64,000 nucleotides of DNA from assembly GCA_977020255.1 (NCBI GenBank), contig CDROCS010004962.1, positions 62,001 through 126,000 on the forward strand, written 5' to 3'. A model generated the notes under the pieces. It did not search any database. It worked only from the letters and a program-made list of their open reading frames with translations, and was not told where the DNA came from. Origin of the DNA: Obrimoposthia wandeli. Taxonomy: Eukaryota. Each line of letters begins with the position of its first letter. The stretch's first letter is position 1. The position numbers and the translations under genes are program-made. Positions 48,401-62,240 of this stretch are shown piece after piece.

Positions 48401-51400
48401 GTGATTTATCAGACCACATTACTCCCTTCCTAAATATATTTGCCATGTTATAAAATTTTCACAACATTGTAAACAGAGTGCTTTGTGTTGAAAACTGAGC
48501 GGAATTCGTTGAAGTGGTTTGCATTTCTTGTATCCACAACATAGGACTCTTCTATAAGCTGTTCGTATTGAGTAAGGAAGTTGTTTACCTGGGTAATTGC
48601 TCCTTAACAATCGTCGAATGGATCCAAAACGAATTTTTCTTCTCATACATCATCAATATTCTGTTGTATCGCTCTGTTTCTTTATGTGGTCTACCGCTTT
48701 CAGGTTTTCTGTTGACATTGCCCCTCTGTTGATATTCTATCCCCCATTTTCAAACTGTATTTTGATCACATTCTATTTTTCCTGGACACCATCTTGATTG
48801 ACAATTCTGCTTCTAACATCCCAATTATTCTTCCCTTGTCAAATTCACTTAAAATCATGATGACTTGTACACTAAAAGTGAAAAAAAATCATAAGAAATT
48901 ACTAAAAGTTTACATCAATACATAAAAATTATAATAAGTAGAAAAATGATTGATAAACGACACCAGAGTATACAGTACATTGTGTTTTAAAGTGGGTGAC
49001 TTTTTTTGGCGGTGAGTATATAATAAAAAAACATATTTTGTAAATAAATAATTAGAACATATTTTATAAATAAAATATAAGTAATTTTACTTTTAAAACA
49101 GATAAAAATGCTCATAAAATCCACTCCAACTGCTGAACCCATTTGGATAATACTCTAAATTCTAGTATACATATATATTAATTATTTACGATGTTTTCAA
49201 TGTTTTCAATAACTTCATAAAATGTCTGTCGAAATTGAGCATTACTCAAAAACTACCACATTACATAATAGTAGATTATCTTAATTATGTTAGTTATGAA
49301 TTACTTGGTTTATTTCATTTTGATTCTTTATAATCAGTATTTCAGTATTCAAAGAAATATCAAAATTAGCAACAAAAAACGTATTTTTATGTTGAAGATT
49401 TTCAAGTCATTCATAAAAGAAATATGATTTTTTTTAAATCAAAAAATTGTGGAAGACAATTATAAAAATAATACAAATCTATCAATATAATTCAGTATCC
49501 AAATACCGTTTATTTAATTTGCTATATCCAAATTTTCGATATTGTATTTCCTCTCCTAATACCGAGATACTTGTAATATTTGTATTGTATCGTGAAACAT
49601 ATCACTTTCAAATATAAAAAATATATTTAATAATTTTACTCAGCATATATAACATAAGACTTACTCGATAGTATCTTCTGATTTGTGCTTATCTGGCAGA
49701 TCACGACTCCGTTCAGCCAGGTCGTCCTTAAGTTTCCCCAGCAATTCTGTACACTGGATCTGCTCCAGAAGAGACTCTTGTTCCCGAATTTTCTGTTGCT
49801 GCTTCTCGATCAACTCCTGTTGTGCTGCATGCCGACTCGCATACGTGTTGACGGGCTGAATAAACAACGAAATCATCAATATGTGTCCATTACAATCTTT
49901 AGCATTTTTTTATAGTACACTGTGTTTTTTGTAAATGTTGCTGATAGCAGGGAGGAATTTGGCCATTTTAAAAAGTGATAAAATCGTGACAAGTTTTATA
50001 AAATATCAATTAATTTTTAATAGAAATGAATAGTAAACAATTAACATTAAAATAAAATCGATTCTTTAATTGTGAACTATTTTTTATCGAATGTAGGACA
50101 TTTCGGACACACGTTTTGGACTGGACGTTTCAGACTGACTTTTTTTAAAAGTAGTACGTTTCGGACACTCCAAATTTTTGGTAGAAATTGATATTTTTTC
50201 TAATAGTTTTTTGTTGAGTCAATTTATAAAAAATTATTAGTTTTCAGTTTGATAGAAAATGGTGTTCTTTCTATAGGTTATTTTGGGTCAATTTATAAGA
50301 AATAGTTAGTTTTCAGAAAATATTACTTTTCTTTTTTATAAGAAATAAGAAATACTTTTATTTAAAAGAAAAATCATAAAATATCAAAGTTCAATTGCTT
50401 ATTTATTAACAACATTTACAGCAATTCAATCAAACAAACTTATCCAAAAACTAACTATTTCTTCAAAATTTAACAAAATAAAATTATTAGAAAAAACACC
50501 ATTTTCTACCAAAAAATCTGGAAAGTCCGATAGGTCCTACTTTTAAAAAATACCATTTCGAAACGTCCGTGCACCATTTTTTCATTTGAGATATTTCTAA
50601 ATTTTCATTGTTTGTTAGATTTGAATAGTCAAATACTTGATTATTTTTTAAATTTTTTAGAAGTAAAAAGGGTAAACCTCTGTTTCATAAACTTATCAGT
50701 ATTTATAGAATTAATGAACAACGAATTGACAATTCTGTCACATCGTTTTCCATATAGAAACAAAGAAACGGAAATACACAGATACATATATAGCATTGGG
50801 TTTCACAGGCATTACCGTTAGTGATGTGGAAAGTTGGTGAAAACTAAGCAGACCCAACCATCTCACTAAAAATTTAACATGTACAAAAATATATTTTGAT
50901 TTTGTATAATAAACATTTTTCGAGGAATCCTTTATATCAATGGAAGCCATAAAATTGTGATTGTAGGGTAAATATTTTAAATTTTATAATAAATAAGAGA
51001 GGAAATTAATATATGAATATCACAAAAGAGTAAAAGGTATGTTTATGTCAATCGTCTGAGGACCACAGAGGATCATAGCCGGTCGAAATTAAAATGACCA
51101 TTTTAGTGACGGAACAAGACAATTTCTTTGTTAAAAAAAACAATAGTAATAAAATACGAGGGTTGATAAAACCTTCCGTCCATCATGTAAAGTAAAAACT
51201 AACATACCTTGGGATGCTTGAGAGATTTAATATCTTCTGCTGAAGGTCGAGTTGGAGGATGACCGAGCAGTTTCTCTATTGGCATATACACATGCTGCTT
51301 GGATACCTAAAAGGAAACAGTATAAATAAGTTTAAACTGCCTTGCATATAAGGGTAATTCCATTTCAGAGCTAAATAATTTAATATTTTCCAAGTATAAT

Positions 51401-54400
51401 TTTAGCAAATTTCTTTTGATAAAATGTAAATTGAATATATCAGAGTAATTAAATACTTCATAGTTACTAAAAAATCGAATTCTAAGCCTATATGAGTAAA
51501 GGTTATTGATAGAAACATAAATTTACAAACCATCGTACATTTTTTCAAATATTATAACTTTTTATTTGATGGAAAAAATCGTATCAAATTTGAACTAAAT
51601 ATATTTTGTTCTTACTCGAATAAAACCAACTTTCTAGGTCTTAGATAGTTTAAATAATAAACAACGTTTCTTTTAGTGAATGGCGTCGCCCAGAAAATTA
51701 AAATATCAACATAAGACATATTACGAAAATAAATTAAAAATTAAATCAACATTAAATATATTGCACAATTCATGTTATATTAATACCAATATATTATATA
51801 ATACATGATATATAAATAAATTTACGTCACGAAAAATTTGTATGTTTTTTTTCAAATACATATTTATCGTTCTGAAGTTCTTCCTTAATTTACATTGCTC
51901 ATTTAGCACATTGATTTGTACGTCAAATATTAATTATTGTACTTTCATAAGTCCAGTGAGTTTTGAAGCATTTTAAAGCTTTAGTATAATTAATCAGTGC
52001 AGCCTCAAGATTATGTCCAATATTTGGATCATTATGATCCCTGTATCACGTGTCTGTGCCCGAACCAGAAATCAAATCGCATAATTGCTCTAAGTATGTC
52101 TGAGTTTCTGGAATCAAAAAATAAGAAACCAATGCCATTATAGCACGAGAATTCCAGTAGGGCTGACTATGCCATTTCAAAATTGGACGAATAACCGACT
52201 TGTACCATCACAGATAATACAGCATATTGAATGACATGCATTAAAATTATCAAATAGTGCAAATAATGTTTTTGTAATTGTTATAGATCTTCCATTGTTT
52301 AATTTAAGGGTCTCAATTTTATTTCACGGGTTTCATTTGTCAACACAACGTCATTTAGTTTTCCTTATCCTTTTTCCGTATTATTGATATTTTAAAAAAA
52401 AATAATAAACAAAAGGTTTATTTCGAAAATTCTACTTTTTTAAAAATGGCAGAAGCTTTTTTGATTTAAATATAATGAAATAAAGATTTTTCATCATTAC
52501 TCAATATTATTCAAGTTTATCTCATATAGGTTTTTGAAATGAAATATGTCTAGCCCACATACAAATAATTATTCAATGAAGAAACTTTAAAGAATCTTAA
52601 GGTGCTTTGAAGGTATTTCTGATATTTGAAAATTCTCTAATATCTTTTTGTATCAAGACTAATCAAACCCGCCCACCAACCTGCCATGCTTCTCTAGGTC
52701 TCTCCACAGATTGTGGTCGAGCCAGCCGAGTAGACTGGACCTCTTTGGACCTTTCCTGGCCATTGGCTGGAACAGGCCTGTGGGAGTGACAGCCCTCACC
52801 ATTGAATGACGACTGGTGTGGAACACGACTGGGTTCTTGGTGTTTGTCATTCTGAAATCATAATATAAATAAGCTCCCAATGTACAATTATGTTGTGAGC
52901 GCAGCCACAAGGGAAACCCAGAAACCAAATTAGCATAATAAATTTTGCGGGGGTTAAAACAAGATTTCACCCCAATTTCAAACTTTAATTACTAAATAGT
53001 CTATTAGCAATGAAAGTGTGTCCAGATATATCAGGCCCTGATTAATCTGTTTAAATTTCAAATTAGTTGAATGAGCAATAACGAATCATTCGTTGGTGAT
53101 AACACAGAGGAAAAATGTTTTGTGACATAGTTTATTTGGAAAATGTACGATTTTACACTTAAAATAAGACTCAAAACAAATGATTATTCAACAAGATTCG
53201 TTATGTATTCACAAAACGTGTATGTGCATCACAATATAACCAAAAGAAGAAAAAAAATGGATAGATACCAAATCCACTTTTTGTCTAGTAAAGTGTGTAT
53301 AAATTAGATAAATTTAAAGACAAGAATTTGCGCTTGTCGCTCTTGCATTTATAATAACAATGTTGAACAAGGTTCCATCAGTAATATTCATTCATATGTT
53401 ATCTCATCGCACTTGATAATGCTCTTACATGGTCAAGAGATCTTGATGAAAATGCTTCTTCTGTTTATCACTTACATCCCCAAGATTCTCGAGGAATTGA
53501 TTAAGACAACTGTTCAGAAAAAATACTTATGTTACACCCAAGATCGTGAGAAGCCAACAGCATTCTAGAAACCAGAATTTCATAGTTTTTTGCTTTTTGT
53601 TACCCATACGTTTTTGTAAAATTTCCACAAAATAGAGTCACGATTCATTCCTCTGGCAAATTCCTCGTAACGTACAAGCCTAGCTATTTCAGTTCATCTG
53701 GAAAGCGAAATAAGGAAGATCAGAATTTATATGTTAAAAACATTTACCGTCAGTATTCAGTGTCCTCAATAACTGTTTCAGCAAGCCGAGCTTGATATGG
53801 AGTGGCAGAAAAGATTATATTTTGTCGGCTGACGATTGGGTTATTCACAATGTTAATTTCTGTCGAGCACAGCTGCCCCACAGGCACAGAAAAGATGGGA
53901 ACTTTGTGAAGTACCAATTTCAGGTCCCACAAATAATCCAGTTGTGTTCGTCATATTTGAGTAAGTCATTGACCATATTTATGTCATTATTTTGAGTAAT
54001 CAACTGAAAAGATTATAGGCACGCCTCACAAACGATAGTATATTGTGTCTATGCGGAAGAAGTGTGTAGAAGCCACATTCTTTATTATAACAATTAATAT
54101 TAATTTTCAACAGTCGCGGAAGAAAAAAATTCAACAGTATTTTTGAAATTGACACTTTTATCTTTCTGGAATTTTAGTAAATATAACATATAAAATGAAA
54201 ATATCAAAATATTTGAATTAACTTATTTAATTTAGAATAGAAAATGGCATCAAAAATCACAATTTTTAAATAAAATATAATTGAAATTTGAACTTTTTTT
54301 GCTATAAATAAATGAGAGGTTTGGAATGTAGTCTTCAAAATGAAATTGTAATAATTCTAAAATTTACCCATTCGATTCAATATCAAAAAATTGTACGTAT

Positions 54401-57400
54401 AAACATATATACATACTTGCGAAGTATCATGTGTAGCTAATTCTTCGAGTTTCTGCTGATTCTCTGCGACCTTTTCTTTTAAAGACTCGATGTAGTCTGC
54501 CATCTTTCTCTTTCGCATCTCTTCAAGCTTGGAGCACCATCTCGCTTCCTGACAAATGACAAATGGTGCAAAGTTAATATAAAAACAAAACTATGTGTAT
54601 TTACAAATATACAATACGTTTCAAAAAGTAACATGTGGATTGCTATTGTGGAATTATCAATTATTTATTAGTTAAAATTAAATGATAATATAAATATGAA
54701 ATAGTTAAATTTTCATTATATTTACTGACTTATCAAGAAAAAACCAAACTTTTCGTGTGAAATTGATTATATAAAAATGTTTTTCGATTGAAAGAAATTA
54801 AAGATAAAGTTGATGATTTTATTAATATTTCGTGCAGCAAACAAATTGCTTGACAATACAATTTCAATTTTTATTATAAACATTGCCAAACACCCGATGA
54901 GCCTAGTAACCAAAATAAATAATGTGTTAAAATTTTTAAATCGTTTATTTTTACAAAATACGTCAATATTACTAAAACTCTATTTGTTTTAAAAATAGAC
55001 TGCAATAATATACCGTAGGTTCAAAATCCACAGACATTTAAAGTCAGTGTGTGAAGGATTTTTCTGAGAAGTTTTAGGAATCTACAAACAATGAATTTTA
55101 TTGTGTAATATTTTCTCCCATTAAAAAATCTGAAAAAAAACATAAAGTGTATTAATGATGGATAATCCAGGAATATCTTCTTATACTTGCTAAAGTTGTT
55201 ACATTGTCAACCTAAATGACAGAGAAAGAATCGGAACTTACTCCCAGAAAATGTTAGCGATTGATTGATTAGAATTGATAATTATTTGAGTACATATTAT
55301 TTATTTTATATACAACTCAATATATTTTTTAGGTTAAAATAATTCAAAATTTTAGAGAAATTAAGTCAAAATAAAATTCCCTTAGTAATCACAAATCGAG
55401 TAACTTAAAAAATTACTTAAAACATCATTAGCAATTGATGAATTATTAAATAGAGTGCACGTTTAGATAATTTTAAATTTTGATACATATTTTATCATTT
55501 AAAATAAACTAAAAAATAACCCAAGTTTCACTTCAATTGAAGTTTTAAATCAGTAAAATTAATTATATTGCTTATAAGAAATTAAAAATGTATTGTAAGA
55601 AATTTTAAATTGTTAGGTGACCGATATTGAGCACATTTACGAATATAAATATTTAAAAAAACTTAAAGAAAATATTAACTAACCTTTGCATCAACCACAA
55701 AAAGGCTCCAGTTAAGGAGGCACTTTTTCAAAAGTTTTTTCTTCGCGAATGATGCAGCATATTCTTCTCTTCTGTATAGATCAAGTACAATTTTAAAAGG
55801 CATTGGCTTTAAAAAACACCGACATAACGCCTCCAACATTTAAAAATATGTTAAGAAAAGCATGAAATGAAATTTAAATTAAAAAGGGAACCGTACCATA
55901 AAATAAATAACCGAACTTTAACAATATTTGGGATTAACAGAAATAGATAATGCATGCATTCATGATGGGGTCCAGTCTCAAAATATATTTTAATATTGAA
56001 AACCTCAATAATTTGAAACATGAGCCATTGTTCGATTCTCAGAATGTCAACTTTAAATATGATGTACCATAAAATTTTGTGTATAACACGCGCGTTATAT
56101 TAATAGAAAAGTTAATTTCCGTCTAAAAATGTTATAGGGTGCTATGTTAATTAAAATGGTTATCATCCGATTCTTCAAACTCCGCATTTTGTAAACAATC
56201 AATCAAAGAGTTTGAGAAATCTACATCACATGATTCCATCTTCACGTTTCCATTAAAAAGATAAGATAAGATAAGAAAACTCATGCATGTACTAATATTC
56301 CCTATAGCAATCCACCGTAAAGTGTCTTCTATTTCATGTAGAACCGATGAATCTCCATGGGAGATTGTTTGTGCGACAATTATTCGCCTGCGTGTCCTTT
56401 TTATCCACAGTGAGGAAAAACAGATAATTGTGTAATAAATGGAAGGCAAATACTTACGCAATCATATATGTACAGATATTCATAATTTAATTATTTGTCT
56501 AACAATATATATATGAAAATTTGAGACTGGTTCTTCTCATTTTAATGGGAGGATCTGGTCAGTTAAATAAACAGCTTGGAGAGCTCACTTATTTTGCTTC
56601 ATTAACCTTAGTACATGTATAATACATTGAAACTAAAAATAATATATTACACCAACAATCGGATGCCAGAAAATCAGTTAAGGGCATAAATTGTGTCCTC
56701 TTTATGCTTTGTCATAGTCAAGACGGTAGAAACTTGCATTCCAATGTCTCTTTGGGCGATAATCCAATGTTCGAAATCACTTTAAATCTGGCCAGAAGTG
56801 GAATCAATCACTTCTAGCTCTATTTTTGCCTAGTGTTTTCTTAATCCTTACTTTTTTTAATTTTCTTTCATTTTACCAACAAAAACTACTTGCATCCCTA
56901 TTTCCACTTTGCCCAGAGAAATTAATTATCTTTCATTTAGTTACAGCCGCAAATGAATTGTGAGTAATTATGAAAATACTGTATATTGCAATTTTTTAGT
57001 AAATCAAAACAAAAACTTAAAATAATATTACTTTTAACATTTTTGTTAAATCTTTAAAGCGGAAATTGAAGCGAATTTTACGCTAAAATGATTGATGGAA
57101 TGTTTCAGGATTATGCATATCTCAAGCAGATAATGATGGGTGCTGATCGTACATTGAAGATACGTAGAGAAATAGACCGTTCAATTAGCTGTTAAGAGGA
57201 ATATAAAAAGAAAAACATGGAAAATTTGAGGCAAACACGTTAACAGCAAGAGTTAAACATGGATTAAAACAGTTCATGCACTGTTTCTGCAATACGAAAT
57301 CTTCAAACTAAATACTACAACCGGGGAAATTTTGAATTTGCAATGAATTTGCTTGGAATGTGAATATAACTTATTTAAATTTTAGGGCATTGATTATAAT

Positions 57401-58030
57401 AATCTATAAATATGTAGAATAATCAATTATATATATTATGAAAATCTATTAAATGCCGTTGGTACAAAGGTTAGATTTCACAACTATCAGAAAATGTTTG
57501 ATTTTCTTTCTTTCATATACCTGCGATTTTGAATCATGCGCGTCTGATCCAAGGTCAACTCTCGATCCAGTCTAGATGATCTTGCTTCCTCTCTCCAAGC
57601 CCGCGTTACCCTACCTAGCAACAACCAATCCCGCCACGCCGCTGCGGTTTCTAAGCGTTGCTGACCAGCAAGTGCTACATCTCGCCACGCTCGAAAGCAC
57701 TGTTTCAGAGTCTGAGATAAAAATCGTTATAAATAGTTAATAATTCATTCAATTTGGTACTTAAAATTATCAGTTTTATAAACACAACAAAGTATAATAA
57801 ATATGTAAATGATGAACATTTCTGTGAAGATTAGAGCCACATCAAACTTACCTGATGTTGTCGATTTGCGGTTCGTTTATTGATAAATTCAATAATGAGC
57901 GCAAATCGCTCTTCTGAAGTAGATTCGATCTTCTTCTGAATCAAGCAACTTTGTTTTTGCAATTTCTGATTCTCTTCGCTCATATGTGTCTGACGGGCGA
58001 ACATTTCTTGTGCTGCTCGAAGTCTGGATA
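33409..58030 (-). CDS. CCDC191: Multi-exon host gene, CCDC191 (KIAA1407)-like coiled-coil protein; 5' end not resolved
   Basis: Exons with GT-AG borders, e.g. about 57520-57712 (LKQCFRAWRDVALAGQQRLETAAAWRDWLLLGRVTRAWREE), about 55680-55770 (KKKLLKKCLLNW), 54420-54552, 49660-49860, 44190-44275, 38960-39140, and last exon 33568-33409 (WKQIPMVTRLEKERQRRLKAMREKVSSLLPDF*), which resembles the CCDC191 C-terminus as I recall it. Confidence 0.75.
34835..36480 (+). mobile_element. pogo-like DNA transposon fossil
   Basis: Remnants F.VDEK.V, MPKE..P..I.V..NKKGW, VI..GLT.HLQ.L...VN.PF; CGTATAA/GATTA subterminal motifs. Confidence 0.7.
39200..39900 (+). mobile_element. Tc1-like transposase fossil
   Basis: KPVL.PHHK..RLQF, NLD.PDG..Y.W.D, QGGG.VM, IFQEDN..IH.S, PP.SPDLN.I. 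Confidence 0.8.
41608..41850. mobile_element. hAT (Charlie-like) MITE
   Basis: TIRs CAGCGGTTCCCAACC / GGTTGGGAACCGCTG; TSD CTCTAAGG / CTCTAAAG. Confidence 0.92.
42400..43246 (+). mobile_element. Chapaev3-like (CMC) internally deleted transposon
   Basis: CACTG..AAC ends with TAA TSD; C-terminal transposase remnants W.SF.NV..VFL...R.ENY, K.LHSHLD.F, FHKDI...EKRY.GRW. Confidence 0.8.
45308..45525 (+). pseudogene. Isolated fragment of the same Polinton polB (motif A region)
   Basis: Closely matches about 1765-1990 (IDINNLYGW.LTQPLPHANFKWVYD.EELNKL) with an internal deletion of about 21 nt. Confidence 0.9.
46525..47680 (-). mobile_element. mariner-like (maT/DD37D-type) transposon fossil
   Basis: IVWTDETIF, QDGA..HY....YL...F..RWIG motifs; TACCGG-type ends. 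Confidence 0.8.
47773..49021 (-). mobile_element. Tc1-like transposon fossil
   Basis: QQDN..P.T.RVA, WPAR.PDL..I..V, G.VLVRR; imperfect TIRs TATACTCA..AAAAAA.TC.ACCC at both ends. Confidence 0.8.
50095..50580. mobile_element. Foldback/MITE-like element with long imperfect inverted repeats
   Basis: GGAC.TTTCGGAC repeats at left mirrored by GTCCGA/GAAACGTCC at right; internal arms complementary. Confidence 0.55.
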
Positions 58031-60787
58031 AAGAAAAAATATTCAAGTCAATGTGTATACTCATATAATCTTACTGATAAAATAAACTAAAACAATAGAT
58101 GAATTGAATAATAATTTCGACAATATGAATAACACAGTTTGAAATAAACTCTTTAAATATACTATATGAGAATGTAATTGTTTCTGAAAATATATCGTGA
58201 TATTTGGATACAGACAGGCACAATGATAATCTATTTTTTCTCAGTGTCATCAAATTATGAAAAAAGAAATAGTCAGTTGATAGTTTTTCTATGTTTAGTG
58301 CAATATTTGAATTGGATACACGCAAAACATTAACATTTGATAATCTTGATCTTGTTTGTAATTTGTAAAAAATTGTTCACAGTGATATCATATTTTGAGC
58401 TTGTATTCTTTTCATAGAGTTTTTCCTTAATTACGTCGTTATATTTCACTTTCAATAGCTCATTATTTTGCAAGTCACATAATTCAACTTGAACACGTAT
58501 GATACAGGGATTTTAAAGCCTATATTTAAGTTGATTTGGAAAAAACTCAAATTCACCTTGAAAAGCTCAAAATCACCTAAGCGTTCAGAAAATTGATAGA
58601 AGAGATGAGCGATAATTTCAGAAATTAATCTCTTTAATCAAACTTTTAATGATGCAGTTACTTTAAAAATGTAAGGTTTTATCAAAGATATTCAGAGATT
58701 CTTCAAATTGACACAACTGAAAGAAGCAAAGGTGCATCAAATTTGGGTACGAGAATTTTTATCAATAGAGGCAACGAAGAAATTTTACGTAGTTGAAACA
58801 AGGAATACGTATCAAGAAAGTTTCTCCATGTTTTCAAGAGCGAGATTTGACAGGATTTTTTTTTGCAATGGATTTTAAGAAGAATTCGATGTTGGTGTCA
58901 GAATATTTTGAAGAAATTGACAAGTTGATTGAAAAAGTGTTCCAACATAAATTGGACTAAGAAAGATTCAAGATATTTCTGATTAATAATTCTCTTGATG
59001 ATTATGAAATGAAGAAAGATCTCAAAATGCAGAATATAGTAGATACATAAATTATGAAAACAATACTCTTAAGATTAGAATAAATAAGGGAATAACATGG
59101 AGAAGTAAATGCTATCAAGCCCATCATAGCGATATGGCAACAAGAAATAAATTGCAATTTACAAAGAAGGATCACACTTTTTATTACCAGAGAAGGAATA
59201 ATCTAAGTTATCCAAAATCAAATTTTTGGAATAAAGAAATCAATTTTTATATTATGAGAAGACACAATCTGAATTACAAAAGTGAAGAAATCAGAAGAGT
59301 GAAAAGGTGATGGGCATGTCGTGAAGGACACGCACGAAGTGAATGTCTAAACGTTAAATGCCATCATTGTAAGAAATGGACACTTCAAGTATCAGTGCTA
59401 TGAAGCATATTCAGAACGAAGAAGAAAAGCTGTAGTAATTGACAAACACCACAGAGAAATAGAGAAATACCACGAAGATGACTGCGGTTTAAGCTACAGA
59501 GCTCCCCAGCGAGAGGAGGTTATCGCAGCGTTAAGATATTGTGAGTGATTATTTTATTGAGCATAGCATAATTGAAAATGATTGTGAATGTTTGGTTTAT
59601 GATCTTTTATATAGTTTTTATACTAAACGAAGTATTAATTATAATAATTTTTCAGTTTGTAAATTAAATAGCAATAAATGAAACAAAATAAAAACTATTT
59701 TATAAAATATGATTCGATGAGAAATATGCCTACCGTTTCAATAAAAGTGTTCCTTAGATACCGGTGTAAACCTTAATGTAATTGAATGTAGTTCATTAAT
59801 TGATGAAAAACTAAGTACGATGGAGTATAATGCTTTGAAGATAAACTGTACTAATGGAGTCCCTTAGCTATTTTAGGAAAAATTAAACTATCAGTGGAGA
59901 TAAACGGCATCGATAAACTGTACTAATGGGAGTCCCTAAGCTATTTTAGGAAAAATTAAACTATCGGTGGAGATAAAAGGCATCGACTACAAGCATACCG
60001 TATACTTTGTGGCAAAAACTTTTTAAATATTTTTAATATGAAATTGACATTTAAATGAGATTAAACCTAATGATTTGAGTACGTTTGGGATAAGTTTGGA
60101 TGACGTTGAGATACAAATACTAATAAAGAGGTACCATATAATAAATATGAAACATTAGTGGGATATTGGAAAAAATTATCTTTTAAAGCATGGAATTTTA
60201 ACGAGTCCTAAACCTATTAAAATTCCTTCAAACCGACAACCAGCTCAGCTATTGAGTAAAATTGAAGATAATAAAAAATAAAAAGAAGATAATAAAAAAT
60301 AAAAAGAAGATAATGGAATCATAAGATATTGCTAATCTTCGGGAACACTCCATTAGTCTGTATCAAAAAGAAAGATACTGAGGATGTAATAATATGTTTA
60401 GATTTTCGATTATTAAACAAAATTCCAGAGGCACTTGTATTTCAAATTCAAAATATTGATGAAATTTTAGATAGCATCGGAGGTTCAAGATATTTTCCCA
60501 CTATTGATCTTGGAAATGGATACTATCAATTGGAGTTGAAGGAAAATTCACAACTTGCAATGTTTTTTCAACTAAACATAAACAATACTGTTTTACTAGA
60601 ATGTATTTCGGAATCGCAGCAGCTCCAACTACCTTTCAACGGTTGATGAAAATAGGTTCTCGGTAATATTAATTGGAAAACTGCTATTGTATATTTGGAC
60701 AATATTTTAGGTTATTCAAAAACTTTGTCTGATCATTAAAAAACAGGGGGAATGTTTTCAATAATATACGAAGCCGGTCTCAAGATA

Positions 60788-61340
60788 CAGTCAGACCTCT
60801 ACATAACGAACACTCTACATAACGAACACTTTTTTTTAACGAACGGTAAACCAAAATTCCCTGGATTTTTATTGCTTTTTTGAACTTTACATGGATTTAA
60901 CGAACACTTTTTTTTAACGAACATGACATTTTTTGAAACAATGGAATTAGCGCTTCAAAACTATATAAATAAAATCAAGAAATATCTTGTTTAAATATTC
61001 GTTTATATTAAATTCTATTTAAATTTATTTTAACCTCTAAATGAAAGTGTGTAACAACCAGAAGAAAGGTAGGAAAAGTTATTCAATTAACGAAAAAATC
61101 GAAGTTATCAAATTCAAAGAATCAAAGAGAGGGTTTTTATACTCTCAAAGAGATCTGGCTGCAAAATTTACCATGCCTATCGGAGTGATAAATAAAATTC
61201 TGAAAGATAAAGTGGAGATCGTAAATAAAAATGAATTTAAAGATGCAAAGAAAGTTTATAATAACTTCAGCACTTTAAGAATTGATTGTTTAGTGTATGA
61301 GTGGTTTGTTAAGAAGAGACACAAAAATAAGCACTACAAA
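60788..61340 (+). mobile_element. Tigger/pogo 5' fragment (CENP-B-type HTH) inserted in the Gypsy RT
   Basis: TA|CAGTCAGACCTCTACATAACGAAC end; ORF RKSYSINEKIEVI...LVYEWF. Confidence 0.85.
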
Positions 61341-61596
61341 GTATAATTTCCTTAAAAACGCAAGTTATTTCATATTTTAGATGAAAGTGGATTAAGAACA
61401 AATCTCGAAAAGATTGATGCTTTTATAAATTTTAGTAGGCCTAAGTGTATTAAAAAGTTAAGAACTTTTTTGGGTGTAGCGAATTATTATCATTAGTTTA
61501 TAAACAGTTATGCGAAATACTCGAAGATATTAGAAAATTTATGTACTAATAAAAACACGAAGCTTATTTAGACAAATGATTGTGAAGATGCATTTG

Positions 61597-62240
61597 CAGT
61601 GATGTGAGTTTTGCTGTTAATTGCAAAAATGTGCTGTTAAATGCTAACAGCAGAAAATGCTGTTAAACAGCACATATTATGTAATATTATTAACAGGTAT
61701 TAATGTATATATCCAAACCAGCTTTTAGATTAAAATAAGCAGAGCAGATGAATCAGTAGAATCATATGCAAATATCATAAGAAAAGAAAGTATATGAAAC
61801 AATATATATTAAAAATCAAATTGCAACATACTACATATTGTATAACAAATATACTTATGTTAGGTTATGTCGCGTTTAATTTTATTATAAGTTATTGTTT
61901 ATAAAATATATAATCAAAATAATATCGAATAAATAATAATACATTTTTCTTCATTAAGCATGTCCTCATGCTGTTTCATATGATTTCTCAGCGAGGAACT
62001 ATGCAAATGGCCATTTACATATTTTATTCTTTTATTACAATAATTACATACAGTAAAATGCTTCTATAAATCCATTTTTTTTCTATTATATTATGTAAGA
62101 TTAATTAAATTTTAAAATTTTAAATATTATTTAAACAAATTTCAACTTTTTATTTTTTTTATTTACTATAATAGAAATAATATAAATTCTATTATTTAAC
62201 TATTGCTGGTAATTTGCTGTTAACTTGGATAACATCACTG
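61597..62240. mobile_element. hAT-type MITE inserted in the Gypsy element
   Basis: TIRs CAGTGATGT / ACATCACTG; perfect 8-bp TSD TGCATTTG. Confidence 0.92.

Noticed and set aside
56147-56461. 104-aa minus-strand ORF as a nested gene
   Set aside because: No recognisable domain or consistent neighbouring exons; left unassigned.
59830-59990. ~74-bp direct duplication in the Gypsy protease region
   Set aside because: Simple local tandem duplication in a dead element; no functional implication.
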